Virus record (IMG/VR): IMGVR_UViG_3300027887_000011
Location: 7,557 to 71,556 of that record
From: a virus
Lineage: Duplodnaviria; Caudoviricetes
Direction: 5' to 3' (one strand)
Length of the DNA: 64,000 bases
The number at the start of each line of letters is the position of its first letter. Position 1 is the stretch's first letter. The position numbers and the translations under genes are program-made. The notes beneath the pieces were generated by a model. It did no database searches. It was not told where the DNA came from and was given only the letters and a program-made list of their open reading frames with translations. Of the stretch, positions 56,347-64,000 are shown piece after piece.

Positions 56347-56569
56347 CAGAACCACCAATAATCACATTTGTAATCGTGATGATTGAGGCATTCTGCAGAT
56401 CTTCTGGGGTGGTGTGTTCAATATTGGCAAGAACCTTATCAAGGTAAAACCATCCGCCTTTTTGTTGGATGTATGTCTTGATATAATCTAAAGCTTCGGC
56501 AGCCGGCTTCTCGTGTGTGGAGAAACCGGTTGCGTCAAGAATCTTAAATTTCACTAAAGCATCACTCAT
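56321..56569 (-). CDS. ubiquitin-like (ThiS/MoaD-type beta-grasp) protein with GG plus 9-aa extension
   Basis: 82 aa; apparent beta-beta-alpha-beta-beta pattern; ends TNVIIGG-SDDTLIRLS; immediately upstream of JAB and E1. Confidence 0.7.
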   Translation of the reverse strand: MSDALVKFKILDATGFSTHEKPAAEALDYIKTYIQQKGGWFYLDKVLANIEHTTPEDLQNASIITITNVIIGGSDDTLIRLS

Positions 56570-58527
56570 AATGTACTAATCTCCTTGGCAAGCCTGGAGT
56601 CATTAGAAAGAGCGAAGAATCGATTGACGAGACGAGCTGTGTTGGTATGCTCGTTTTGTCCTTTATCAACCATGCAGATATAACGTCCGCTTGGGTATTC
56701 ATAAACAAGGAGTTTATCTTCTTCAACCACGTAGTTTCTAAGACCGCCCTTAATCAAATAACCACTCAATAGCTTACCGTTTTGAGCTTTGAAATCTTCA
56801 ACACGTTCGATACCAAACATATGCATTGTACTCTTGAGAAGTTCCTCTTCTCTCTGACGCTGGTCCATGAGTGCCTGGCGACCTGTAGTCATCAGTTGTT
56901 TGATATCGTCTCCACCCATTCCCGCTACCTTTTCATCAAGAAGAATATCAATAACTCGAGACATTCCTTTTGCGTTCAGTATGGTGAGCAGCTTGTTGGT
57001 GTCGCCTACTTTGAAAGTCTTCCCATTGAAGGCAATGTAGTTCTTATTCTTCTGTCTTTCCAGACTGATTTTGAACTCCATTCTTTGATTGAAGATTTCA
57101 TCGTGGACATTGACGTTAATCCCACCTGCAAGATATTTATGGTACTTCAATGAACAGGAGGATACGGTATCACAGAATTCTTCGAAAGTAGCTGTATCTG
57201 GGAAACAGATAGCTCTTCCGATGACCTGTTGTACCTCATCCTTGTTCACTCGGAAATCATTGACTCGATATACATGCGTAACGATACCGTCTTTTGCTTT
57301 CCGTGCAATATGTTCCAGCTTTACCTCTACATCCCCTATATGTGCAATCAGTGGGGTTGGAGATTTTGTAGCTGCTTTATATATCTCGCCCATCCAAACG
57401 TCCAGAATTCTGTCGAAGTTTAAATGGTCTTCAGAATATTGGCCGGCAAACTTAGACAGAATATCCTTCGTTTCAATAGCATTACAGGAAAGGACCTGGC
57501 CCTCGTATTCAAACTCATTTTTTCTGAAGGTCACATCATTGTAAGCAAACTGTCCTCCAGTGGTGAGCTCTTCGATCTTATCCTTGATCTTCTTTTCAAG
57601 AGCTTTTACCGCTGCTTGCTCATTGGCGATATCCTGTTGTTTTCTCATCCAACGTTTTACGAGAGTATCCAACGTTGTATTATCGACGGTGAGTACGCCC
57701 TGACCCCTACGATAGTTATCAATGACATCCTTATCCTTTGGAAGGATTGGATTTGCATCAATATAGAATACACGGGGTATATCCGTATCACTATCTATAT
57801 GAGAAAAATAGCGGTCTTCATCGGTCCAGTTATAGGCAGGATCGCCCACCTTCACTATATAATAATGAAGGTTCATATCGTATCCCTGGCTATAATAACT
57901 TGACCGGGCTCTCTTTGTAGCAAAGAATGCTACGCGGGTATCATCAGGAAGTTGCAGAACGGCAACGATATGGCCTACATATGCCGGCATATCATCGTAA
58001 TCCTTTTTCTTTATATTCAGAATAGGAGGTTTCTTTCCTGCACATGCGTATAGCATGTTTATTGTCCCATCATTCAAAGGATGATAATAATCGGGTTTGA
58101 AATGTGGAAGTTCTTGCTCAATAATTTGTTTCTTTATTTCATCAATATTGTTAAAAACAAGATTGACACTTTCCCTGCCTTCATATGTTTGAGGAATAAA
58201 ATCTGCCGCTACCTCTAGAAATTTTAAATCGGTAACCTGTGGTAAAAACTTTAGAAAGATCTTGTCCATCTTAATCGCAGGATATCCAATTTGATCCAAA
58301 ATTCGTTCGTGGGAATCTAGATTCAGATAAGGCTGCGATTCATTCTGACTAAAGTTCAGTAATAAATCGTACCCTGAAGTTGCAGCTCGATAAATATATT
58401 CCATTGTAGCCTGCTGTTTATAGGCTGTGAACACGGTTTGAAGGTGTGTCACATCTATATCTGTTAATCCCAGGCCATAAATATCACTGTAAATAAGAAG
58501 GCGTTCTAGTTTAAGAGCTCTGTACAT
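56566..58527 (-). CDS. 653-aa hypothetical protein coupled to the Ubl gene
   Basis: Overlapping stop/start with the Ubl; central coiled coil; C-terminal YEYPSGRYICMVDK. Confidence 0.7.
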   Translation of the reverse strand: MYRALKLERLLIYSDIYGLGLTDIDVTHLQTVFTAYKQQATMEYIYRAATSGYDLLLNFSQNESQPYLNLDSHERILDQIGYPAIKMDKIFLKFLPQVTDLKFLEVAADFIPQTYEGRESVNLVFNNIDEIKKQIIEQELPHFKPDYYHPLNDGTINMLYACAGKKPPILNIKKKDYDDMPAYVGHIVAVLQLPDDTRVAFFATKRARSSYYSQGYDMNLHYYIVKVGDPAYNWTDEDRYFSHIDSDTDIPRVFYIDANPILPKDKDVIDNYRRGQGVLTVDNTTLDTLVKRWMRKQQDIANEQAAVKALEKKIKDKIEELTTGGQFAYNDVTFRKNEFEYEGQVLSCNAIETKDILSKFAGQYSEDHLNFDRILDVWMGEIYKAATKSPTPLIAHIGDVEVKLEHIARKAKDGIVTHVYRVNDFRVNKDEVQQVIGRAICFPDTATFEEFCDTVSSCSLKYHKYLAGGINVNVHDEIFNQRMEFKISLERQKNKNYIAFNGKTFKVGDTNKLLTILNAKGMSRVIDILLDEKVAGMGGDDIKQLMTTGRQALMDQRQREEELLKSTMHMFGIERVEDFKAQNGKLLSGYLIKGGLRNYVVEEDKLLVYEYPSGRYICMVDKGQNEHTNTARLVNRFFALSNDSRLAKEISTL

Positions 58528-58807
58528 TCTTAAGTTTCTTGGTTAATTTTAATCTTACGATGTTCATCAGATCGGCAGAAGTTTCCCTTCTCATTCTCTG
58601 GCGATGACCATCAATCTTAATAGTATTCGTTTGGAAATCTATAATAACTAAGTTGTCAAGGAATTGTGTGGTACCCTTCTTGAGCAAAATTCCGTTTTTC
58701 GTAACGACTCCTGCAGCAAACCAGGGTTGTCTTTTATATAAGGTGGCCTCAATAAGAGCAACACCTCTTTTCGTTTGACTAATTTTCATTTCTATTCTCC
58801 GGGCCAT
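58511..58807 (-). CDS. small basic hypothetical protein, first gene of the Ubl cassette
   Basis: 98 aa (start may be the second Met); overlaps the 653-aa gene. Confidence 0.55.
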   Translation of the reverse strand: MARRIEMKISQTKRGVALIEATLYKRQPWFAAGVVTKNGILLKKGTTQFLDNLVIIDFQTNTIKIDGHRQRMRRETSADLMNIVRLKLTKKLKNVQSS

Positions 58808-58840
58808 AAAAAAAGAAAGCCCGGGAGTATCCCGAGCTTC
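58808..58840 (-). terminator. intrinsic terminator after tmRNA
   Basis: - strand GAAGCTCGGGATACTCCCGGGCTTTCTTTTTT. Confidence 0.75.
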
Positions 58841-58843
58841 CTT

Positions 58844-59233
58844 TGGTGGACCTGGGGGTATCGAAACCCCGTCCGATCGTCGACCTAGTTTGTCGAATTA
58901 GCATGCTTTGATTCCAGATACGAGCTCTTCATCATAAGAACTTCTAGGCTAATCATGTATGTTCTTACAACTATCCAGTCTTTCCTGGATGTCCTAGTCC
59001 CAACTTACACAGACAGTATGACTATGTTCGTGTCTATGTTCAGACCGTGTCCTGCTTAAGCCGTAGCGAAAGCGGGTACAACGTTCTTCTGCCCAAGGGC
59101 TTTGCCGAAGGTGAAGATGTCTGCGAATGTGCTGTTGTTCTTCGCACTTATGTTTTTGACAGTATTTAAGTGGTCCATCGCCACTGCATGCCGACTCCCC
59201 TCATCATACAACCGTCGAATCCAAGTCAGGCCC
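58844..59233 (-). ncRNA. ssrA: tmRNA (390 nt)
   Basis: 5' GGGCCUG pairs with 3' CAGGUCC-A-CCA with G3.U; GGAUUCGAC after the acceptor stem; GGACGGGGUUUCGA T-arm (slightly non-canonical); AUAAGU before resume codon GCG; tag ORF 59145-59056. Confidence 0.92.
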
Positions 59234-59262
59234 AATTTATGATAACAAATTCTAGGGGCTTT

Positions 59263-59285
59263 TTCAAGCCCCCGCATCTCCACCA
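59263..59285 (+). other. 23-bp copy of a tmRNA-type 3' end (att-like core)
   Basis: TTCAAGC (T-loop consensus)-CCCCG-CATCTCC-A-CCA, with no upstream T-stem or gene body. Confidence 0.5.
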
Positions 59286-59287
59286 GC

Positions 59288-59659
59288 TTACGGTGTGTTC
59301 TCGTCGTAAGCGACGATTGCCATAAATCCATTTGGCTTTGGTTGTAACGTTACTTCTTTTCCTATCACTTCTGCAACGCTATTTACGTTCAGATATTGAA
59401 GGAATTTTGCCAGAAGGCTAGTAGCAAGAAGATTTTCTCCTGTGGAATCGTAATTAAGCCAGAGGCCTTTGACAGCAAGAGTTCCGGTGTGATCCTTTAC
59501 CCAAACTTCATTAACCTTGTATTCTGCCCCATCATCAGATTGGGTGTATACATAAAAGCGCTTATTCGGATTACCATCTATAGAAGCCTTGGCATCTATG
59601 TTTATGATTTTGACTTTCTTCTTATTACTACCGATCTTTAAATTAAATAGCTCGTTCAT
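59288..59659 (-). CDS. hypothetical protein
   Basis: 123-aa ORF, ATGA-coupled to the WGR gene. Confidence 0.6.
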   Translation of the reverse strand: MNELFNLKIGSNKKKVKIINIDAKASIDGNPNKRFYVYTQSDDGAEYKVNEVWVKDHTGTLAVKGLWLNYDSTGENLLATSLLAKFLQYLNVNSVAEVIGKEVTLQPKPNGFMAIVAYDENTP

Positions 59660-59910
59660 TCACTTTGTTTTGGTTCGATCTTAACATACCCAATGCTGAG
59701 TCTGTCCTGGATCTTTTTGTTAACGACATCTAAAGCATCCGGATATGATCCCGCGAAGACGCCCGTTGCTGGCTGAAGAATAGCGTCATCCCCATTTGGA
59801 CCTTTTACTCCATAGGTAACGATAACGGCAAAATTATCTCCGGCCAATGGCATGAGATTGATGTCATACCATTTCGTCGCGGCGTCTGAGCGTTTACATT
59901 CGAATCTCAT
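59656..59910 (-). CDS. WGR-domain-like protein
   Basis: KWYDINL..VIVTYGVKG..F...A..KKIQDRLSIGY. Confidence 0.65.
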   Translation of the reverse strand: MRFECKRSDAATKWYDINLMPLAGDNFAVIVTYGVKGPNGDDAILQPATGVFAGSYPDALDVVNKKIQDRLSIGYVKIEPKQSE

Positions 59911-59920
59911 GGTTGTGTGC

Positions 59921-62044
59921 CTAATTACTTAATATTGGAAGTTCGCATTGACCTCCGGCGCATACTAATTCTTGTTGAAGAGCTGTATGATCTTCCTCTT
60001 CAATAAGTTGTGTATAGTTCACCGGATTAAAATCCTTTACTATCTTATTCCATAATTCTTCGTCTTGTGGAGTTGTGATAGCTTCTAGCGGAGCTTGTTT
60101 GAAGTCCTTATCACCAGTTTTGGGTAAAAAGGAGACGGCCGAAAAGAAAGATCTATTGTCGAATAAATGTTTAACAACGTCTTTCCATTCGCTCTCATCT
60201 ACAATAACTGTACAGGATACATTATGAGAGACATCTTTTTTATTAACGTCACTTGTTCCGCTTAAGACCCAATGTGTTTGTGTACTCTTAATTATCTCAA
60301 GATGTTTAAAGGCCCCAAGGTCATCTTTTACCATAGCTGTTTCCGGTACTTCTACGGGAAATGTTATGACATCATCTGTCCCATTGGCGCTCCAAACACT
60401 TTCCTCACACATATGGGGATTTACTTTTTTGAAATGTTTATAAACTGGATCCATTTTATTCACCTGAACACGGCGAAAATAACGGCGTGCATGATGAGGG
60501 TGAATACCAGAAGCAGACCCTAAGACGAGACTAGACGTTCCTTCTGGTTTTATACAAGTAGTTCTAGCAGCTGGGTTTGTTCCAAGAATCTTGGCCCATC
60601 GCTTATTCGTTTCAATAACAGCCTGTGCCGCTTTTACTTGAAATTCAGGGTTTAATAGAACCTCAGGATTATCCATCATACCTGTTATAGATACTCCAAG
60701 CAGGGCCTCTTCTTCCGTTAACCATTTAGATGAATTTGATAGATATGGAAAATGTGTATACGCTGCCTGAAGAGTTCCTATAATGGCCGCCGCTTTAGCA
60801 GCTCGATAGTAATCGTCTTCGGTTTTAACCTGTGCCCCGTTAATAGAAGTAAGATTGCAGAACTGAACTCCTGTAACACCATCGTCCGTGACGGGGATAA
60901 AGCCAATTTCAAAACACGGATTATATAGAGTATCAGGATCATTAGCAAACACGAACCCGGGCTCACCAAACTGTTTCGTTCGCTCGAAGATCTTTTCGAA
61001 TTCTTCAAAAGTAACATGATCACGAAGGAGCAGTACGCTATTGTTACTCCTGGCACGATGCGGGTATACTGCAAACCAACTAATTTTCTTTTCATCTTTG
61101 ATTTTATTGTATTCCCACTCTTCGATCTCAACTTTGATATAATCTTTTTTGGGATATGCGGGATCATCTACCATTACAAATCCCTCATATTTTCCAGTAT
61201 CCTTGTCCTGTTCAAATTGTTTCTTTTTCTTTACGGAGAACATGGTCTTGGAATTAATCATATCGTGATCATCGGGATCAAATATAATCGATGTAGCAGA
61301 TCTGCGAATACCCCCAGATAGAACAGCATCTGCACAATGCATCATAATATCATAGGCATTGATGGGATGTAATTCGTGTTGATTTCCTTCTTCAATGATA
61401 TTATCAAGAAGAGCTTTTATCTTACTGTGAGCATTTTTTAATCCACGATATCCAGGAGCTTTTCCTCCTCCGGTCTTGAGAGGGGCACCCTTCTTTCTAA
61501 TCTTTGAATAATCGAATACAATTTTGCGTCCGGTATATGGCGTGTTTCTAAAATAACAGCTAAGGAGAGCTTCGACGGAATCTGCCCATCCTTCGATAGT
61601 ATCTTCAACGGCATACGCAAGAACAATTCCCGTTTTATCATTTGCGTCAACCAGGTTCGGAAGACGTCTAAGATATTTCTTTGATACACCAATGCCCACT
61701 CCATTACCACATAATAACATATAAAAAATTTCAGAGAACGCCCGAAGGGAGTCTACATGTTTTACAGCACAGTTATATACTCTTGCCTCATGAGCCTCAA
61801 TAGCCTTGCCCCCAAATTGAAGCGATCTCATTGATGGTACTATTTTGCGCTCCCTGACAAAATCAAATGCTTCTGCTAATTCTTTCTTCTCTGTATCTTT
61901 GAGCCGTGCAAATTTCTTCATATGCATGGACTCAAGCCGGGAAACAGCTTCTTCCCAAGTCTCCCGGCGTTTATGTCCCTCGTCAAATCGAGCGTATTTA
62001 CTCGTAAAAATAAAACGAGATAGCTCTTCCTTGAAATCGATCAA
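59921..62044 (-). CDS. nrdJ: class II (B12-dependent) ribonucleotide reductase, monomeric RTPR type
   Basis: PSMRSL, YNCA, GGIRRSA, RARSNNS, GEPGF, NPCFEI, CNLTSIN, TTCIKPEGT, C-terminal CAGGQC. Confidence 0.92.
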   Translation of the reverse strand: MIDFKEELSRFIFTSKYARFDEGHKRRETWEEAVSRLESMHMKKFARLKDTEKKELAEAFDFVRERKIVPSMRSLQFGGKAIEAHEARVYNCAVKHVDSLRAFSEIFYMLLCGNGVGIGVSKKYLRRLPNLVDANDKTGIVLAYAVEDTIEGWADSVEALLSCYFRNTPYTGRKIVFDYSKIRKKGAPLKTGGGKAPGYRGLKNAHSKIKALLDNIIEEGNQHELHPINAYDIMMHCADAVLSGGIRRSATSIIFDPDDHDMINSKTMFSVKKKKQFEQDKDTGKYEGFVMVDDPAYPKKDYIKVEIEEWEYNKIKDEKKISWFAVYPHRARSNNSVLLLRDHVTFEEFEKIFERTKQFGEPGFVFANDPDTLYNPCFEIGFIPVTDDGVTGVQFCNLTSINGAQVKTEDDYYRAAKAAAIIGTLQAAYTHFPYLSNSSKWLTEEEALLGVSITGMMDNPEVLLNPEFQVKAAQAVIETNKRWAKILGTNPAARTTCIKPEGTSSLVLGSASGIHPHHARRYFRRVQVNKMDPVYKHFKKVNPHMCEESVWSANGTDDVITFPVEVPETAMVKDDLGAFKHLEIIKSTQTHWVLSGTSDVNKKDVSHNVSCTVIVDESEWKDVVKHLFDNRSFFSAVSFLPKTGDKDFKQAPLEAITTPQDEELWNKIVKDFNPVNYTQLIEEEDHTALQQELVCAGGQCELPILSN

Positions 62045-62535
62045 GTTCCAGTACTCCCAAATCCTTGTTCTCCACGATCACTGGTGGGTAACTCTTCAAC
62101 TACTTCAAGCGTTACTTCAGGAATCTTCCCAAAAAGTATTTGGGCTATTTTGTCTCCCTTGAGAAGATCTTGTGGGTACTCACTATGATTAACAAGTACG
62201 ACCTTGATCTCCCCACGGTATCCGGGATCTATAATACCAGCATCAACCATAAAAGGTGTGCGAACTGCATTTCCACTTCGGTTGCGAATATTTCCGTACC
62301 AACCTTTTGGAATGGCTAGAGCAATACCGGTTTTAACGGCCATCTTTCCTAGTCCAGGGACCCTTACTGTTTCATTTGAATAGAGGTCCCATCCAGCGTC
62401 TGGTATATCCCGTTGTTCCTTTGTTGGAAGCTGTGCTTCCGGCGAAAGTTTTTTAACTAATATTGTCAGCGAATTGAGAAGGGTTTGTTCCTGTTCCTTC
62501 GATAGTTTTGCTGAGGTCTTCGATTGCTTTGCCAT
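62041..62535 (-). CDS. dut: trimeric dUTPase
   Basis: DAGWDL, RNRSG, GIIDPGYRGEI, IAQ, RGEQGFGSTG. Confidence 0.95.
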   Translation of the reverse strand: MAKQSKTSAKLSKEQEQTLLNSLTILVKKLSPEAQLPTKEQRDIPDAGWDLYSNETVRVPGLGKMAVKTGIALAIPKGWYGNIRNRSGNAVRTPFMVDAGIIDPGYRGEIKVVLVNHSEYPQDLLKGDKIAQILFGKIPEVTLEVVEELPTSDRGEQGFGSTGT

Positions 62536-62758
62536 TGATAGTATCTATGTCTATGATACCGCGTATATCTTGTCTGCGTATGTGTACCTCTCCAGCCACA
62601 CCAACCCATGGTTTATGTGATTGTTGATAAGCAGCATCCCAAGGTATCAATTTTATAAAGTCGTCTCCAGCTTCAGATAATTGTAATATCCCACCACTAT
62701 TATTCAGTTGGGAGTTTGGGATTACCAGCTGTACGTGTTTGTTTAATAGGTTTTGCAT
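62453..62758 (-). CDS. possible hypothetical protein
   Basis: Fills the 165-bp gap but overlaps both neighbours by 59-83 nt. Confidence 0.35.
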   Translation of the reverse strand: MQNLLNKHVQLVIPNSQLNNSGGILQLSEAGDDFIKLIPWDAAYQQSHKPWVGVAGEVHIRRQDIRGIIDIDTINGKAIEDLSKTIEGTGTNPSQFADNIS

Positions 62759-63227
62759 TAAAATAGTCTAAATAGTCATCGATTGGTGCAAGCCACTCTT
62801 CTTTAAATTCAGAATAAGGAATACTCTTACGACCCGTAGAATCATCCCAATATTTGGTGACTAATTCTATAGGAGTAACATATGCTTTATCCGGATGAAT
62901 TTTTTTGAAGTGTATAAAGAAGAATCCTTCCCCTCCAAGTTCAATCCATAGTTTTAAATACTCCAGCTGATGCTGGTGGATATTTTTCAAGGGGAAGGAA
63001 GTAGTGCTTTCACACTCTTTAGCGTCGAAAGCAATTGCCTTTCCAATCTTTTTTCTACCTTTATCATACGAAAAAACTCCGTAAAAGTCAATGGTACTGA
63101 GCGTAGCTACCATACCTTGTTGAGTCATTCGTATGGGAACTTCAAGCTTTTGTATTAAAGCTTTACGTTCCTTACGATACCGCAGATTCGTCTTCCGAAC
63201 CCGCGTCTCTAGTTGATTCGTCGACAT
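62700..63227 (-). CDS. recU: RecU-type Holliday junction resolvase
   Basis: STIDFYGV, IAFDAKE, FPLKNIHQHQLEYL, GGEGFFFIHF. Confidence 0.85.
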   Translation of the reverse strand: MSTNQLETRVRKTNLRYRKERKALIQKLEVPIRMTQQGMVATLSTIDFYGVFSYDKGRKKIGKAIAFDAKECESTTSFPLKNIHQHQLEYLKLWIELGGEGFFFIHFKKIHPDKAYVTPIELVTKYWDDSTGRKSIPYSEFKEEWLAPIDDYLDYFNAKPIKQTRTAGNPKLPTE

Positions 63228-63250
63228 CTATTGTATGAGGAAGATCAAGA

Positions 63251-63484
63251 CTAAGAAGCGCTTGTCGTATTGCTTCCTGTATTGTCTCCTTCTTTCTGTT
63301 CATCGGATTTTCTAAAATCTTTATTACTATGTCCATCTTGTACAGTCTCCGGAATTGGATATAACTCTTCTAGACGTGCATATATTTCAGCCAATCCTGT
63401 AGCAGCCGACCCTGCTATAGTTTGTCGTAGTTCGTCCAGTGCATCGATTTTTTCCTGTACTTCCTGATCAGGAATAATTTTCAT
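63251..63484 (-). CDS. hypothetical protein
   Basis: 77 aa, ATGA-coupled. Confidence 0.55.
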   Translation of the reverse strand: MKIIPDQEVQEKIDALDELRQTIAGSAATGLAEIYARLEELYPIPETVQDGHSNKDFRKSDEQKEGDNTGSNTTSAS

Positions 63485-63675
63485 TTTGCTATATTGGCTT
63501 CAGAACGTCGTTGGAAATCTTCGACGTTTCTAAGTTCTTGTAAATGTCCTATCTTCTTTAGATGATAGGTTAACTTCACGTGCTTTTTACCATTACAATA
63601 AGGGCACTTCGAGTTAATGGCCTTTATTTTTCCTCGGGCTGAACACGCCGGGCAATCAATCTTTATCTGATTCAT
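63481..63675 (-). CDS. DnaJ-type Zn-finger small protein
   Basis: CPACSARG...CPYCNGKK. Confidence 0.6.
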   Translation of the reverse strand: MNQIKIDCPACSARGKIKAINSKCPYCNGKKHVKLTYHLKKIGHLQELRNVEDFQRRSEANIAK

Positions 63676-63965
63676 ATGGTACCATGTATAATTTTAGAAC
63701 CGGCACGGATTAATTTTGTCATTCGAGCAATACTATAACGCTTTAGCGCAACACGCGTCTCTTCGTTTTCGATCTTTTCTATCTTATTTTCCTCTAACAG
63801 TTTCATCAAACGTCTCGGATTATACTTGGACAGAGATGGACATTGCTTGATGGACCTGTGTACAAAACTATTCTTATCGCTGTGCGTGGTGAAGGTTTTC
63901 ATCCATTGAATGGCCTGAAAAAAATCATGTCCATTAATTTCCATGGCAAGGCTCATGGCATACAC
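63672..63965 (-). CDS. hypothetical protein (start uncertain, near the window edge)
   Basis: 97-aa ORF coupled to the downstream gene. Confidence 0.5.
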   Translation of the reverse strand: MYAMSLAMEINGHDFFQAIQWMKTFTTHSDKNSFVHRSIKQCPSLSKYNPRRLMKLLEENKIEKIENEETRVALKRYSIARMTKLIRAGSKIIHGTI

Positions 63966-64000
63966 TGCTTCTTGTTTATAATCTATTGTAGTATCGTCGG

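Noticed and set aside
55319-56569. Assigning the cassette to Bil, Bub, CBASS or PRTRC by name
   Set aside because: No recognisable E2, CD-NTase or ParB gene and a different gene order; left unassigned.
58844-59285. Two-piece (circularly permuted) tmRNA, or a tRNA gene
   Set aside because: The extra CCA-ending segment is on the opposite strand and does not pair with the phage tmRNA 5' end; the 58844-59233 gene is complete by itself and has a tag ORF rather than an anticodon arm.
59056-59331. 91-aa ORF from the track
   Set aside because: It is the tmRNA tag frame extended upstream through structural RNA; not a separate gene.
10093-62044. Inteins or group I introns in terL, polA, nrdJ or MCP
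   Set aside because: Lengths are ordinary, motifs are contiguous, and no C...HN splice junctions or LAGLIDADG motifs were seen.
2190-63467. Numerous 60-160-aa antisense or alternate-frame ORFs in the track (e.g. 10205-10780, 45690-46112, 54547-55038, 57089-57903)
   Set aside because: They are fully nested in well-supported genes, lack motifs and SDs, and are expected shadow ORFs.
1-64000. Stop-codon reassignment (code 15 or 4), seen in some large phages
   Set aside because: Long conserved genes are intact in code 11, and TAA, TAG (e.g. 24397) and TGA (e.g. 4397) all end genes cleanly.

Overview
A 64-kb segment of a large contractile-tailed (myovirus-type) dsDNA bacteriophage read in standard code 11. 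From about 880 to 48988 the + strand carries lysis/envelope genes, putative head-cargo proteins, terminase large subunit, prohead protease, scaffold-like proteins, major capsid, fibre/neck proteins, a ~15-kb sugar-synthesis/glycosyl-/methyltransferase island that includes a RuBisCO-like protein, a LigD-type phosphoesterase-ligase fusion, tail sheath and tail tube. A bidirectional terminator at ~49.0 kb separates this from a - strand replication/nucleotide arm: PolA, RpoD-like sigma factor, transglycosylase, a second ATP-dependent ligase, tmRNA, class II RNR, dUTPase and RecU. Top candidates for undescribed biology: (1) a terminator-bounded, phage-encoded ubiquitin-like cassette (653-aa partner, Ubl with GG plus propeptide, JAB protease, ThiF/E1); (2) a RuBisCO-like/cupin/nucleotidyltransferase cassette inside the glycan island; (3) a shared MTxKAxxILxKxA motif and pervasive K-x-A sites suggesting capsid targeting and polyprotein processing of cargo; (4) a tmRNA with a 29-aa tag next to an inverted copy of a different tmRNA 3' end. 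All family assignments come from motif recognition by eye; no searches were run.
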